Shown piece by piece: positions 24,761-37,985 of a DNA stretch of 64,000 bases (positions within the stretch are counted from its first letter, which is position 1; each line of letters opens with the position of its first letter). The stretch lies in the NCBI RefSeq assembly GCF_006345805.1, contig NC_042999.1:171926001-171990000 (forward strand). The letters are read 5' to 3'. The position numbers and the translations under genes were made by a program. The stretch is from Octopus sinensis (lineage: Eukaryota). Below the pieces are notes generated by a model. That model saw only the letters and a program-made list of their open reading frames with translations, had not been told where the DNA came from and made no database searches.

Positions 24761-25255
24761 GATACATACATACACACATAAATACATATTGGGAGAGAGA
24801 AAGAGACAGAGCAAAAGAGAGACTGATACAGAGAAAATGAAATGCGATGAAAAGCGAATTCTGTGGTATCATTGCTTAATAATAAACTTCCGGGTCGTCA
24901 TTCCCCGATATCAAATGATCAAAATAAATGGAAATGGCGGAACGAATCTATTATATGTGTGGGGCTAATTCATGTCTCAAGGACTCTATTTATTAACGTC
25001 TTGAGATGTAATATATGTAATTCCTTTTATACGCACTCAACTGTTTAAGATTCCAGGTAAACTTGCTGAAATTCAGCATTAAATCAATGTATTTTGAAAC
25101 TTAATCTTCTTTATGACTTGTCCAGTGTGTGTACAGAACAATAAGGAACATAAAGAATGATATTAGCTCCGTGAACGGCAGTGTACGGTGAAAAAATCTG
25201 CTTCATCTCATATAGCTAAATATTGATATAAACACACACACACATGTATACCAAC

Positions 25256-25301
<46 letters not shown>

Positions 25302-25756
25302 CTGCGTGTCTGTCGTATAAGTTCACGAGTCTATATCGACATTATTGCTTGGTTAATCACTGTATGTCTGTGTCTGTGTGTAGGGCTATAAGGAAATAAA
25401 TGTATGTGCGTGTGTATTCGTCTGTGGAAATTTTTCTACAATTGTGCTGATATCAAAAGAGACGAGCGGAAGTGGGGTAAAATGTACGAGTTTACATCAA
25501 TAGTACTTCTGCCTCAAGAGATGATTTAAAATAAATGTATGTCAATTTATATATTTATACCAGGCCTTATGATGTATAGTAACTATAGAATGATGTCGGA
25601 ATCAATGCAAAGGTTCTATGGGTGTATCTATAGCAATAGTGCTGCTGATTAGAAAGTGATCTAGAACAGCTAGAATCATAAAACGTAGAAAAATCACATC
25701 AAACGACAGCATGTGAGACGTTGAACGTATGAAAAATTACATATGAATACATAGGA

Positions 25757-25809
<53 letters not shown>

Positions 25810-26329
25810 TATATATATATATACACATATAGATACATACATACACACATAAATACATATTGGGAGAGAGAAAGAGACAGAGCAAAAGAGAGACTGATAC
25901 AGAGAAAATGAAATGCGATGAAAAGCGAATTCTGTGGTATCATTGCTTAATAATAAACTTCCGGGTCGTCATTCCCCGATATCAAATGATCAAAATAAAT
26001 GGAAATGGCGGAACGAATCTATTATATGTGTGGGGCTAATTCATGTCTCCAGGACTCTATTTATTAACGTCTTGAGATGTAATATATGTAATTCCTTTTA
26101 TACGCACTCAACTGTTTAAGATTCCAGGTAAATTTGCTGAAATTCAGCATTAAATCAATGTATTTTGAAACTTAATCTTCTTTATGACTTGTCCAGTGTG
26201 TGTACAGAACAATAAGGAACATAAAGAATGATATTAGCTCCGTGAACGGCAGTGTACGGTGAAAAAATCTGCTTCATCTCATATAGCTAAATATTGATAT
26301 AAACACACACACACATGTATACCAACATG

Positions 26330-26340
<11 letters not shown>
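24215..26340. repeat. Direct tandem duplication of a ~1.06-1.07 kb segment
   Basis: actgcgtgtctgtcgtataag occurs at 24241 and 25301. Identical ORFs 24863-25048 and 25934-26119 are offset by 1071. I saw four substitutions plus (TA)n length differences. Confidence 0.97.
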
Positions 26341-26392
<52 letters not shown>

Positions 26393-26431
26393 CTATATAT
26401 ATATATATATATATAGATATATATATATATA

Positions 26432-26480
<49 letters not shown>

Positions 26481-26526
26481 ATATAGGTGAGAAAGTTGGT
26501 GTATGAAAGCACGTAGTTGAATCTAT

Positions 26527-26906
26527 AGAAAATAGTAAAAAGTGAAAAAAACTGCAGAAGGCTTGTTTTAAAAGGATAAAAAATATATATTTGAGTCATT
26601 ATGTCAGAAGAATGTTATAAATTTTTTTCATACAATGACAGTTTTTGAAGAAATGGACAAGTCATAAAGAAGATTAAGTTTCAAAATCACTTATTACCTC
26701 CCCTTACCTGAAACTCTACTTCACACTTCTCAACGAAATCATAACGATGTAAGAAATTTGAAAAGCTGAACGCGAAACCGGTCATTTCTTCAAAAACTGT
26801 CATTGTATGAAAAAAATTTATAACATTATTCTGACATAATGACTCAAATATATATTTTTTAACCTTTTAAAACAAGCCTTCTGTAGTTTTTTTTCACTTT
26901 TTACTA

Positions 26907-26912
<6 letters not shown>
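26527..26912. mobile_element. MITE with ~130-bp terminal inverted repeats
   Basis: Arm 26527-26655 (agaaaatagtaaaaagtg...tttttgaagaaatg) is the near-perfect reverse complement of 26783-26912; the spacer is ~127 bp. Confidence 0.9.
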
Positions 26913-26969
<57 letters not shown>

Positions 26970-27068
26970 AACATATATATATGTATACATACATATATAT
27001 ATATACATATATATATGTATATATAAACAATATATATGTATATACGCGTATATGTATGTATATATATA

Positions 27069-27116
<48 letters not shown>

Positions 27117-27947
27117 GTGTGTGAGTGTGTTTGTACGCGTATACATATATTCATATATATACTGAAATTCATATAAGAAATATTTATACTTTAGCAAACA
27201 TGCAAAGGCTCTTCAGTATATGATTTATATTTAGAAGTGTATTTATAGCAAAGTTTTAACTCAATACCTACTCCAATTTTCTAGTACTTCTTGATTTCTC
27301 AATTCGTGCTACAGAACAGTGTATTTTCCAACACTTTTCAAATTTCGCTGATACACTTTTAGATGCCTGCGCCGTACACCATGATAAAAATTGTTGTCGA
27401 AAAGCATACATAGCTGCCGATAAACTTGGTAAATTTATCTCAATTTTTACTACAGATGCCACAAGAGAGAGAGGGAGAGAGAGAGAGTGAGAAAGAAAGG
27501 ATCATGTTAATACTTGAAACTGCATTAGAAGATCGTCATTCTTGTGGTGACTATCTTTCACAATCTATTCCTAGAATTTCTTAACCATCCAAAAAGTACA
27601 CGCTACATTTTTACTGATTTCGACATGAATAGACCTCATCTTTTTAATCCGTTGATGCGGTGGTCATGTTTTCTTGGTAAAATATTAAACTGCAATGATA
27701 TTATTAATCACATTTTTTTCCATAATCCATATACACATGCGTAATATTACACAGTTTAGTTGTCCTTGATTCTCAATAAATATCTGTTCTTCAACAGTTA
27801 TTTTTTCTCTGTGATCCATTAAATGCTTCCCACAAAATTTACTGGCGTTCTGTTGTTCGATATGCAACTGCAATTGTTCGGGAATTGCTCACCATCGAGA
27901 AAGATCCGTCTAGTTGCATTTATCTTATGGTTTTGTCATCATTGAAA

Positions 27948-28013
27948 CCACCATCGGTTTCAAGCGATGTTGGGAGGACAAACACAGGCACACAAACATA
28001 TACACACACATAC

Positions 28014-28071
<58 letters not shown>

Positions 28072-28259
28072 ACATACATATATATATATATATACGACGT
28101 TCTTCTTACAGTTTCCGTCTACCAAATCCACTCACAAGGCTTTGGTCGGCCCGAGGTTATAGTAGAAGACACTTGCCCAAGGTGCCACGCAGTGGGACTG
28201 AACCCGGAACCATGTGGTTCGTAAGCAAGCTACTAACCACACAGCCACTCTTACGCCTA
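27948..28259 (-). mobile_element. SINE family A (head 28093-28259, internal (TA)n, truncated 3' module)
   Basis: Near-consensus reverse complement of the head; the module fragment caagcgatgttgggaggacaaacac lies at ~27960-27985. Confidence 0.9.
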
Positions 28260-28989
28260 TTTTGTCCAAGTAAATTATATTATGATTTTCACGAACGTAT
28301 TACGGTATTACCGACTGATATAGAAATATGCGGTAACTAAAATGATTAACTTCCTGCTAACGTTCGCAATAAAATATGGGATAACCAGATAATATTTTGG
28401 GTTTCTTCTTATTTTTCGTAAGTCTCGTCCTTTCATATATATTGGACATTATAATTTAACGTACTTCTTTTGGTACTGTATTAATGCAAAGCATTGTAAA
28501 ATATATTTTGTCGAAAATTTATTAGATATTCTTTTATTTCCACGCCTATTGACATATGTGAGAACTTAATATTTTATTAATGTAAAGAAAGTTTGCAACT
28601 AAATTTCTACAGCAACGTTAATAAATACTATTATCGGTGTGCACACAGACGAGGAATTTTCAGAATAGTCGGATTTGAAGAAAGTATCTTGCAGGAATTG
28701 CTTCCGATTCTCTGCTCACCGATTTTAAAAGTCACAAAATTTGATTCGTTCATGGTATATAAAATTTTACTCACCCACTAAGGTGGATTTTGTTTTATTC
28801 CTTCCTGTTTTTACGTTCCAAATTCAAATGTTATTACATCCTAATTCGGTGGGTGTTTTAATTTGTTGCTCCATTTAGCAATACTTTTGATAACTTGGAT
28901 GCGTCTAGCTGACTTCGCCTTGTTGCAAGATTTCGGAACAGGTGATATTCAGCACCAGTAAAGTGTTACTGGCGTTGCCTTCCTTTTAG

Positions 28990-28994
28990 TCTAA

Positions 28995-29075
<81 letters not shown>

Positions 29076-29102
29076 ATGATGATGATGATGATGATGATGA
29101 TG

Positions 29103-29166
<64 letters not shown>

Positions 29167-29180
29167 TGATAGCAACAATA
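28990..29180. repeat. (AAT)n/(GAT)n compound microsatellite
   Basis: Directly visible. Confidence 0.95.
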
Positions 29181-29182
29181 AT

Positions 29183-29460
29183 GCTGCCCGCATAGCAAGA
29201 TATGTGAAGCGCGTTAGATTGTTCAAAGACAACTTGTTCAAAAATAACCTCAAAACTTTTTAATGGAAGATAGGGAAAATACCAGTTACAGTAATGACTG
29301 TCCCATCAGAAGAGGAAGTGCAGGAATTTTGGAATAAAATATGGCCAAAAGAAAAAAGAACACACAATGAAAAGTCCCCTTGCATCGATAGAATATCTAC
29401 GGACTTAGACTCCTTAGAAGGGTAAAAGCGAGAGGGTATCAAGGTAGATGAAACAATGAA
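29183..29460 (+). mobile_element. R4/Dong-like pre-RT ORF fragment
   Basis: One frame with two stops reads AARIARYVKRVRLFKDNLFKNNLKTF*WKIG...PSEEEVQEFWNKIWPKEKRTHNEKSPCI; it starts right after (AAT)n. Confidence 0.75.
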
Positions 29461-29927
29461 TCATGAAGTTTAATTTTATATTAAACTGGTACAATTAATT
29501 ACAAATACGACAAACAGTGGAATTTCCCAGCCACCAGAGATCAACAGTAATAACGGAAATACTACAAACAAACTTATTACAAAGTTAACTACAAAAATGT
29601 ATTAGGAACAAAATTAAATGTGCAAGAACGAAAAATGTAAAAGGGATTACTTTGTATCTTTCATTTTATGAAAAACACATACTAACTTGGCGAAGATGAA
29701 CTTTTGCTGTGAGAATTTAAAAATTGTATTTTGCGATGTATACAGTCTATATATTTATAATTTATGAAAGACAAAGGTTATTTTTGATATTTACAGACAT
29801 TCGTAGAAAACTTTATATAATCCGATATCAATATATTCAAATTTATATGTGAAAAATGTTCAATAGTATTCCAAAATGATTACTATCTTCTTAAAAATGT
29901 GATATTAAAAGGAGAAATTTATAAAAA

Positions 29928-30110
29928 CTGCATTTGAAACATTTTCAGGATTTCATAAAAGCAGCTGTATATGCCTGTTCTAGACATCGTAAGGCCTGCC
30001 AGAAAAAGACTGATAGGATGACGTTGCACATTGGAGACGTGCCCTGCTAGAAGTCTGTCTCACGATTATGTCTGCCTATTTTCTCTCCGATGTTCACAAC
30101 TTTGTCATTA
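29928..30110 (+). mobile_element. Helitron Rep/Hel fragment 1 (decayed)
   Basis: FQDFIKAAVYACSRHRKACQKK, then (frameshift) DDVAHWRRALLEV, like Helitron 'SFEDLRTV...T.REACQ.RGLLEDD.HW..AL.EA'. Confidence 0.55.
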
Positions 30111-30450
30111 TCACAATGGCAGCATGAATTTGTATATAATATGCATAACAAGGAAAATCAAGTTAAAAAGCTCATACGAGGATATTTACCCTGACGTAGA
30201 CGACCGAGCATTGTTACGGAATTGCACAAATATTCTGAACTTTGAATTGTTGGGTGCCATATGAAATACGGCTTCGTCTACCTCTTGAAAGTTTCATCAA
30301 ACAGTCATTCATAAAGTAAAACACTCGGAAAAATATCTCCACCAAAGCGAATTACTCATAATTCAAATCAAGCAAACTTTATACAAGAACAAAAAGTGAT
30401 TCCTGAGTGATAGTTTTTCATTAACTTTATTGTGCTTGATCAAAACAGTA

Positions 30451-31812
30451 GCAGATGAAGTACGATACTCCGTGAGCTCTGCTGATATATCTTGAAGTAC
30501 GCTAAGTACTGAGCAAGAAGTAAAGGATATTTGACACAAGCGTGTAACGCATGATAACATATCAGTATTAAAGATACAGTAATGAAACTCTTATCTTCGC
30601 CTGTATAATTTATTTTGTACACCACTTAATGAACATGAACATTTTTTGTGAGTAAACGAAATACCTTTGCCAGTAAGATTCTACACTATTGTACACCCAG
30701 ATTATATACAATATGTGAGTAAAATGGAGAATAGCCATTTCAGCCAAAGAAAGGAGAATGCAGTAAACATTGGCCACATTCACATTTTCTCCATTAATGG
30801 GTTGGACATTATCTATGAAGCTTTGAATATTCTTTCTTTGTCACAAGAGCATCATAGACAATTTATATGGTTACATCTGAGCCAAGAATCTGAAAAGCAT
30901 TCCTGTATATAACTACGTAATGCAAGACGAAGAATTCCACAATAGAGAACACTTGGATGATGATACAGACAGAAACACAAAGTTTAATAGAGCTGCAATT
31001 CCGCATTCTCCAAAAGAAACCAGAAATCTCTTTGCTGTAATTATCTCTCATTTCTTACCATCCACACATCATCAAGTCGCGTGTCATAGTCTTCGCGAAA
31101 GCATAGGAGATGTATTATGACATGTATAAATGTCAAAATATCACACCTGGAAATTATCATAGGTATACTAACCGTTGAATCTCATAGAAAATACTAAACG
31201 TTTGAAAACCGGATAGCCTTTTGCAATGATAACAATGGTGTTGAGTTGTTCGATGGGTATTTCTTCATTTAGATAACCCTTCAGAATTTATATATTTTTC
31301 ATATCAAATTAAGAATTTTCAAATCAAATACTAATTGGAAATCAGTTGCTTTAAAAGTAACATTGGAATTTGTAGTCTTTAACCAGAAAGTTTATTCAAT
31401 GCATGTATGTGTGTGTTTATGTACTCACCATATATAGCTATAAGTTTCCTGGCTTCATTTTCCGAAAGCTTTGCGTGTATCAAAGGAAGCAATTTTGTGG
31501 CATCAATATTCTGTGATTATTTCACGTATATACACATATTTAACGAACTCTCCAAATTCATATCGCATTATTTATGCATCTATCCAATTCTCGAAGACAT
31601 ATAGAAAATACTAGTTAATACTAAAACTGGAATTATTGAAGTCACTCATAGCAGTCACCTTTCAAATTTAGTTGTGCGGCAAAGTTCATTTAAACTCTCT
31701 AAAGCTATAGATGGAAGTATTTGCAATAATTTCTATCACCGTAAATATCATTTGTGGATTCGTGGAATATTGATGGTGAAAAGTGTAAGTAAATGGATAC
31801 ACGAAACTAAAT
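30451..31812 (+). mobile_element. Helitron Rep/Hel fragment 2 (Rep-helicase linker into PIF1-like helicase), decayed
   Basis: ORFs 30667-30912 (QRK..NIGHIH..D.IY..L) and 30920-31120 (LDDD..NT...AA..HSPKETRNLFAVIISH..PS) match the colinear Helitron linker. Weak GYFFI../GICSL (motif I region) and TGIIEV...RGILMVKS follow. Confidence 0.7.
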
Positions 31813-32686
31813 TAAGGAATGTATTTTTCTTTAACTCAGTCTACAGATGAACATATAAGACAATAATGTACTCATGCGTCCACCCATCCATCCATACAAT
31901 CATACAAACATAATACATACCATCGTAAATACGTACAATATCCACGTATACATATATTTACATTCACATACCTGTATATTTATGTACGTATGTATGCGTG
32001 GATGCATAACTGTATGTATGTATACGTGTATGCATGTATGCCAGCATATTTGCATGCATATTTTCAACTTGCTTCCTGGTCGGGCAGTTAATACATTCTC
32101 TTCAAAATCATAGGTTTCGATTTCGAACGCGTTGTATGATATTCAGCGTATGGGTAATCTTATAAAAACTGCACATAATGAAACTAAATGGATGAAACTA
32201 ACCATATGAAACTAATTAGGTGTAACATTGCATAAAAGCTCACTGCTTGGTTTGTACCTGTAATTAAATGATAAAACCTTGTTACACACTCTGCCCTTCT
32301 GTTTCTGCCAGGGAATTACATTAAGTTGTCGTTCCTGCTCAGCTAATTACATGCTAATTCAATGAGAAGTTAAGACAGTTCTTCAAACTGCTGAAAAAAT
32401 CCAACAAAGATCCATCAATCCAGATTCACAGATCAATTAATACGCACATACACACAAACATCATGGAGCATTAAACTATAATCAATTGGTATACTATAAC
32501 AGTCGAACATGTATGCAACTTCGAAATTACAGTATTTGTAACACAGTAATAAATTCTTCAACTGAAGGTTTTTGTGTTCATTTATTTCAAATACGAAATT
32601 TCTCCGTTCCACTTTATACATACGAACGTACATAGATACATACTTACCTATATACTGATGCTTTTGTGTGTCTGTGTATCTGTCTG

Positions 32687-32731
<45 letters not shown>

Positions 32732-32789
32732 TATATGTATGTATTTGTGTATATATATATGTGTGTGTATGTATGTACGTATATGAAAT

Positions 32790-33300
32790 ACAAAATGGGA
32801 CAAGAATACAAAACATACGGACAACTAGGTGATACAAATAGGGACAACAAACCTCCAGATAGACGTTACAAACAAAACAAGGACGAGTCATTCGAAGTTT
32901 TCTATCTTCAGTCAAGAACCAATTCCTCGCAATTTCGGCTCATTATTCTTGAGATTGCTTCAATCTGGCCAGCCCCAAGGAAAAACTAAGCTAAGAGCAT
33001 TAGATTCCTTGAAAGAAAGCAACGAATGTATACAAAAACAAAGACGGAGAAAATGGACAATGTTTCACAAATATAAATACAATAAAAAAAATAACAGGAC
33101 ATAACAACGGGTGTTTTTCGACTAAGGACGAATTGAATTAAGATGGCGTGTGTGGAAATGAAGCCTTACGGTAACAATGCAAAGATTTCACAAACACAGG
33201 TAAGAATGTCGATGTTGCACGGACCACGATCAGACCAAGAAAGAGAGAGCAGGCTGGCCGATCGGTCACGTGGGAAGAGAAGAGTGAGGTGTATATACAT
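32790..33300. repeat. Unclassified probable interspersed repeat
   Basis: A GC-richer non-microsatellite block bounded by (TA)/(TG) tracts with no protein motif; single copy here, so repeat status is inferred. Confidence 0.3.
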
Positions 33301-33925
33301 ATATATACATGCGCGCACGCATAGCAATCTAGGTGTTTCCTAACACCTTAGTCACATTTAGTGTCATTTGTAATTCTCTTTTTTGGTGAAACATTGCAAA
33401 CTGCTGTTTATATTAATTTTATATATTCATATTGGCAAGTCGTTAAATCATCTAATCATTTTGATGACGCAAACGTAAGTACTAATGTGGAAGTGGGTCC
33501 GGAAAGACCAGTTAAATCGAGCGGTTTAAATTGAAGCGACAACGAAAATTGCCGAAACTGACTCGTCAGTATTAAGAATTATCGATCGTGCTTTCATTTA
33601 CGTATGATAACTACAGCATTAGAGCTCTTATTTCTAACACGTTAGGTGTCTCCTAAGAGCCTAGTCCCATTTAGTGACATTTGTCATATTTGTAATAATT
33701 AAGTATTATTCTTGTAATAATACTTAGTTCATCAAAATGATTAGCACATTAAATTAGCCTAAATTTTGATATTTTCAGTGCCTGAAATCATAATACATTT
33801 ATCATAACTATAATAATACTTTTGCCGTAACTATTTCTTTGTTATAAAAGTTAATGAGCATTGTACGTGTTTCCTTTTTTTCATAACTGTATACTTAATT
33901 TTGAACCACCTTGCATATATATATA

Positions 33926-34113
33926 TTCCAACTTTATTTCTCTCCTTTTTTTCTCTCCTTGTTTCTCTCCTTGCTTCTTTCTGTGTCCCTTTCTGTGGAA
34001 GAGCGTAGGCTCGAAACGTTAAAGACTTTTTCAATTCCCGAGCTTTTTACTAGTACATCTGTTTGTTTTCTACACCACCTGTCTCATTCTTTTGTTGTTT
34101 TTTTTTCGTGAAT

Positions 34114-34116
<3 letters not shown>
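33926..34116 (+). mobile_element. Short repeat family D (putative non-autonomous Penelope-like/retrozyme unit)
   Basis: Homologous to the reverse complement of 38619-38792; contains a hammerhead-like fold; its 3' end runs into (TATC)n/(TA)n. Confidence 0.7.
33989..34024 (+). ncRNA. Minimal type-I hammerhead-like motif, variant core
   Basis: CUUU CUGUGGA A GAGC[GUAG]GCUC GAAA CG U U AAAG: stem I CUUU/AAAG, stem II GAGC/GCUC, palindromic stem III ACGU. The core has U where A6 is canonical. Confidence 0.55.
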
Positions 34117-34158
<42 letters not shown>

Positions 34159-34163
34159 ATATA

Positions 34164-34211
<48 letters not shown>

Positions 34212-34314
34212 TATATTATATATATATATACGCGCGCACACAACCGAAAGAGCTACTAAGTTTCATGAGTTTATGATACTTGTACAGGCATATATATATA
34301 CATATATAAAATTC

Positions 34315-34523
34315 AAAATGTGACCGCATGTGTACCGTTGGCGATTTTTTCCTGCGTCTTCCCTTCTTTGGATATTTTCTTTTCCTGTTTCTGACGAAGA
34401 GCTCCGCTCGAAACGTTTAACCCTCCATCTTTCCTTCTTTCCTCAGCATCCAATAATACTATACTTGTTCCACGTCCTCGCGTTGTTGTGTTTTCTCTTT
34501 GTGTTTTCATGTTTGGATTAACT
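34315..34523 (+). mobile_element. Short repeat family C (putative non-autonomous Penelope-like/retrozyme unit)
   Basis: Homologous to 49726-49934 and the reverse complement of 39176-39362; ends ...gtttggattaact. Confidence 0.75.
34387..34421 (+). ncRNA. Minimal type-I hammerhead ribozyme motif (intact core)
   Basis: GUUU CUGACGA A GAGC[UCC]GCUC GAAA CG U U UAAC: CUGANGA and GAAA present, palindromic ACGU stem III, one U-U mismatch in stem I. Confidence 0.65.
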
Positions 34524-34525
34524 TC

Positions 34526-34918
34526 GTGGCTGTGTGGTAAGTAGCTTGTTTACCAACCACATGGTTTCGGGTTCAGTCCCACTGCGTGGCACCTTGGGCA
34601 AGTATCTTCTATTATAGCCTCGGGCCGACCAAAGCCTTGTGAGTGGATTTGGTAGACGGAAACTGAAAGAAGCCCGTCGTATATATGTATATGTATTTTT
34701 GTGTGTTTGTGTTTGTGTCTGTGTTTGTCCCCCTAGCATTGCTTGACAACCGATGCTGATGTGTTTATGTCCCAGTCACTTAGCGGTTCGGCAAATGAGA
34801 CAGATAGAATAAGTACTGGGCTTACAAAGCATAAGTCCCGGGGTCGAGTTGCTCGATTAAAGGCGGTGCTCCAGCATGGCCGCAGTCAAATGACTGAAAC
34901 AAATAAGAGAGTAAGAGA

Positions 34919-34919
<1 letters not shown>
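34526..34919 (+). mobile_element. SINE family A composite (head + TA/TG tract + 3' module), 5' slightly truncated
   Basis: Near-consensus head to 34682, a short microsatellite, then the module ending aaatgactgaaacaaataagagagtaagag. Confidence 0.9.
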
Positions 34920-34967
<48 letters not shown>

Positions 34968-35522
34968 ATGTGTCTTAAACCAATCTTTCATGCTCTGGTC
35001 AAGAGATTTAGAACTCAAGAAAATGAGCGTGATTCTGTTTATTCTAAAACAGTTGAGATTTTTTTTATTTCATTGGAGGCAATTAACATCAAATATGAAA
35101 ATATTTGCGAACTATGTCAGTTTATATATATATATATATATAAATTTTATTCCTTGCGTCCCCACCTAATTTCTCTTTACATCGCATCCATTTTCCTACA
35201 ACTGCAAAGAAGCCAACCCTATTTACTTTTAGCGTGAGCAACTCCCTAACTGATGCTTTCATTAGCCATTTAATATTGATTTTGCTTTTCTTTTCTCTTT
35301 CCTTAAACTTGCCAGTTCTGCTGTTGATAGTTTGATAATTCATTTCTCCATCTTAATGCAACAATGATACGACCTGAAGAATAGCTGAGCTGCTTTTCTG
35401 TATGTTGCAATTAACGTAAAAACGCATCGCTTTGCTGTGCAACGCTTGTAGACTTTGTTTCACTTGCTCAATTGTTTTGCAGATTTCTGTTACACAAACA
35501 TACACACGCACGCACGCACACA

Positions 35523-35566
<44 letters not shown>

Positions 35567-36319
35567 TAAAGTTTATATGCCAACAGAGCTCTATTGGACT
35601 CTCTGAGGTATATATCTTCGGGTATTTGTGAATGAAACAAAGTATTAAATAGTATTATACTGTAATCTGAGAGAATTGTTGGCGATAACTTCTAATTATG
35701 AACTATTTCCAGGTTATGGAAGAAGCAGAAACCTAGGAGGATGTTTTTTTTTCAAGAATAATACCTTTTGTTCCATGAAAATTCCTTTCTTGAGATTAAG
35801 TTGGGATGTATTTTATCTTTCTTTTTTTTGCGTATAATTCCTAATGTTATGTTATCTTCGGATCATCGGATTCTATGAATTAGGCGATTTAAGTACATTA
35901 ATTTTCTGATCTAGTAATAAATTTATATTTCAGATTTGAGAAGTGAGGTAGACCATACAGTAGGCATGCTTCCGTATCGAGAAGCATACTATATGTATAC
36001 ATAGGCAGAGATTCAATGCTACAACAGTTTGAATGTGGCATCTTCAATAATGGCACTTCATTATGGCGTTTTTCTCTCTTACTGTGTAGAAGAGAACACA
36101 GATAGAAATATGTTTGCCTGCACTTCGTTAAGTACTATGAATATAGCTCGATCACATGCAGAAAAATCTCTGAAAATATAAGGTTTCAATTTTACTATGG
36201 AGCCGCAACAGACCTCTGAACCTAATCAGTAAAAAGTGCAGAGATGTTATTAAAGATGTTTAACTCCGGTTTCTCTGATGCACCAACACACACAGATTCA
36301 CACAGATTCATGCAGATTC

Positions 36320-36351
<32 letters not shown>

Positions 36352-36369
36352 TTATATATATATACATAC

Positions 36370-36428
<59 letters not shown>

Positions 36429-36795
36429 TGCATATTCACATGCACGTACACACACACACACACACACACATCACTAGGAAGAAGGAATGGATTCGCTAAG
36501 TGCATGACAATGTTACCGTTCAGGTTTCAGCACTTAGTGGTAATCACATTAAACAAGCAATTTGCGTGAACGCAAAAAGTTCTATGCGGTTGGAGGAGGG
36601 CTATGATGTTCATACTCATATTTTTCTCTCCTTCTAATATGTCTGTGTATCTGTGTGTGTGTTCGTGTATGTGTGGTGTGTATGTGTGTAAGAGTAGAAG
36701 TAAGTACAGTAAGAGAAAGCGGGGTATAGGTGTGGATTGACTTTATGCATACACATATATATATATATTTTATATGAATATTTATACACACACAC

Positions 36796-36850
<55 letters not shown>

Positions 36851-37550
36851 CATATGTATGTATATATATATATATATACATATATACGTATGTGTATGTA
36901 TATATATATATGTATATACACACACGCACACACACACACACAAACACACACACACATATATATATATATACACGCTAACGAGTCTTTTGGAGTAAAAGTA
37001 GAAATGTATGATAAAATATTAATTTCCATTTTAGAGTTTATACGTGGCTCTAATACTAGTTATGTTCATTTTAACTAAGTTGCTATTGCCAATATTCGGT
37101 ATCGTAGGTTAAAATTATATTATCATCTTAGAGTGATTCCCTTTCATTATCTAATTATAAGGTTATTGACCGAAAGTTCGTTGCTTTATTTAGATGTGTG
37201 TGTGTGTTTATACGTGTTAGTGCATGTTTAGCTATATGGAAATATGTGTGTATATATGTATATATGATATATACATATGTATGTATCAATGAATCTTTTG
37301 ATTGTTTTATAAGCTTTCAACGTCTTGTATTCTTTTTCCTGTCTCCACTCTATTTTCGCAGAACCGGATCTATTTCTCTATCTTGCTGTCTGTCTGTCTT
37401 TCTATCTATGAATTTGTCTGTCTGTCTGTCTATTTAAATATCGTTTTATCTATCTATCCATCTATCTATCAATATATGTATATAAATATGTACATAAATA
37501 AATGAATAAAAATACACATACTCACAGACATACACACACATAAATATACA

Positions 37551-37985
37551 TATGAGGGGGGAGGCAAAAATCATTTGCACTTCCGCAATATCATACCTTT
37601 ATTATAGTCATTCTGCCTTCTGCGCATGCGTGCTTATATTCGGTATTAATGTGGTCACATGATCGAATTTCGAGCCTGATCGCACCATTTTTCTTTATGG
37701 CTTTACCGTAGCAATGTGCACCAAAGAAGAACAAAGAGCAGGTAACCGATTTCTGGTCGGAAGGTGTGTTAGGAGCTGAAATTCATCGGAGGCTAAGAGA
37801 ACAATACGGGACAGTGCACTACTGTATAGACGTGAGTATGAGTGGAACGAGAAGTTTAAAAAGTGCCGGACAGGCGTGACACTTGAAGAAGTAGACGGAC
37901 GCCCGTCAAACTCCATCACTGACTTGGAGATTTAGCAAGCTCGAGTAATGGTCATAATGAACCAGTTCACAATTACTATCACTCG
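37551..37985 (+). mobile_element. mariner 5' end with N-terminal HTH remnant
   Basis: The tatgagggg terminus is followed by CTKEEQRA..RFL / SEGVLGAEIHRRLREQYG / YEWNEKFKKCRTGVTLEEVDGRPSNSIT. Confidence 0.85.

Noticed and set aside
27268-27873. Non-repetitive 60-65 aa ORFs (also 35353-35640 and 60394-60693)
   Set aside because: No motif or splice support that I could recognise; lengths are within chance expectation.
30300-31120. Hydrophobic minus-strand stretches resembling a decayed GPCR
   Set aside because: The plus strand gives colinear Helitron motifs; the hydrophobicity is an antisense by-product of AT-rich codons.
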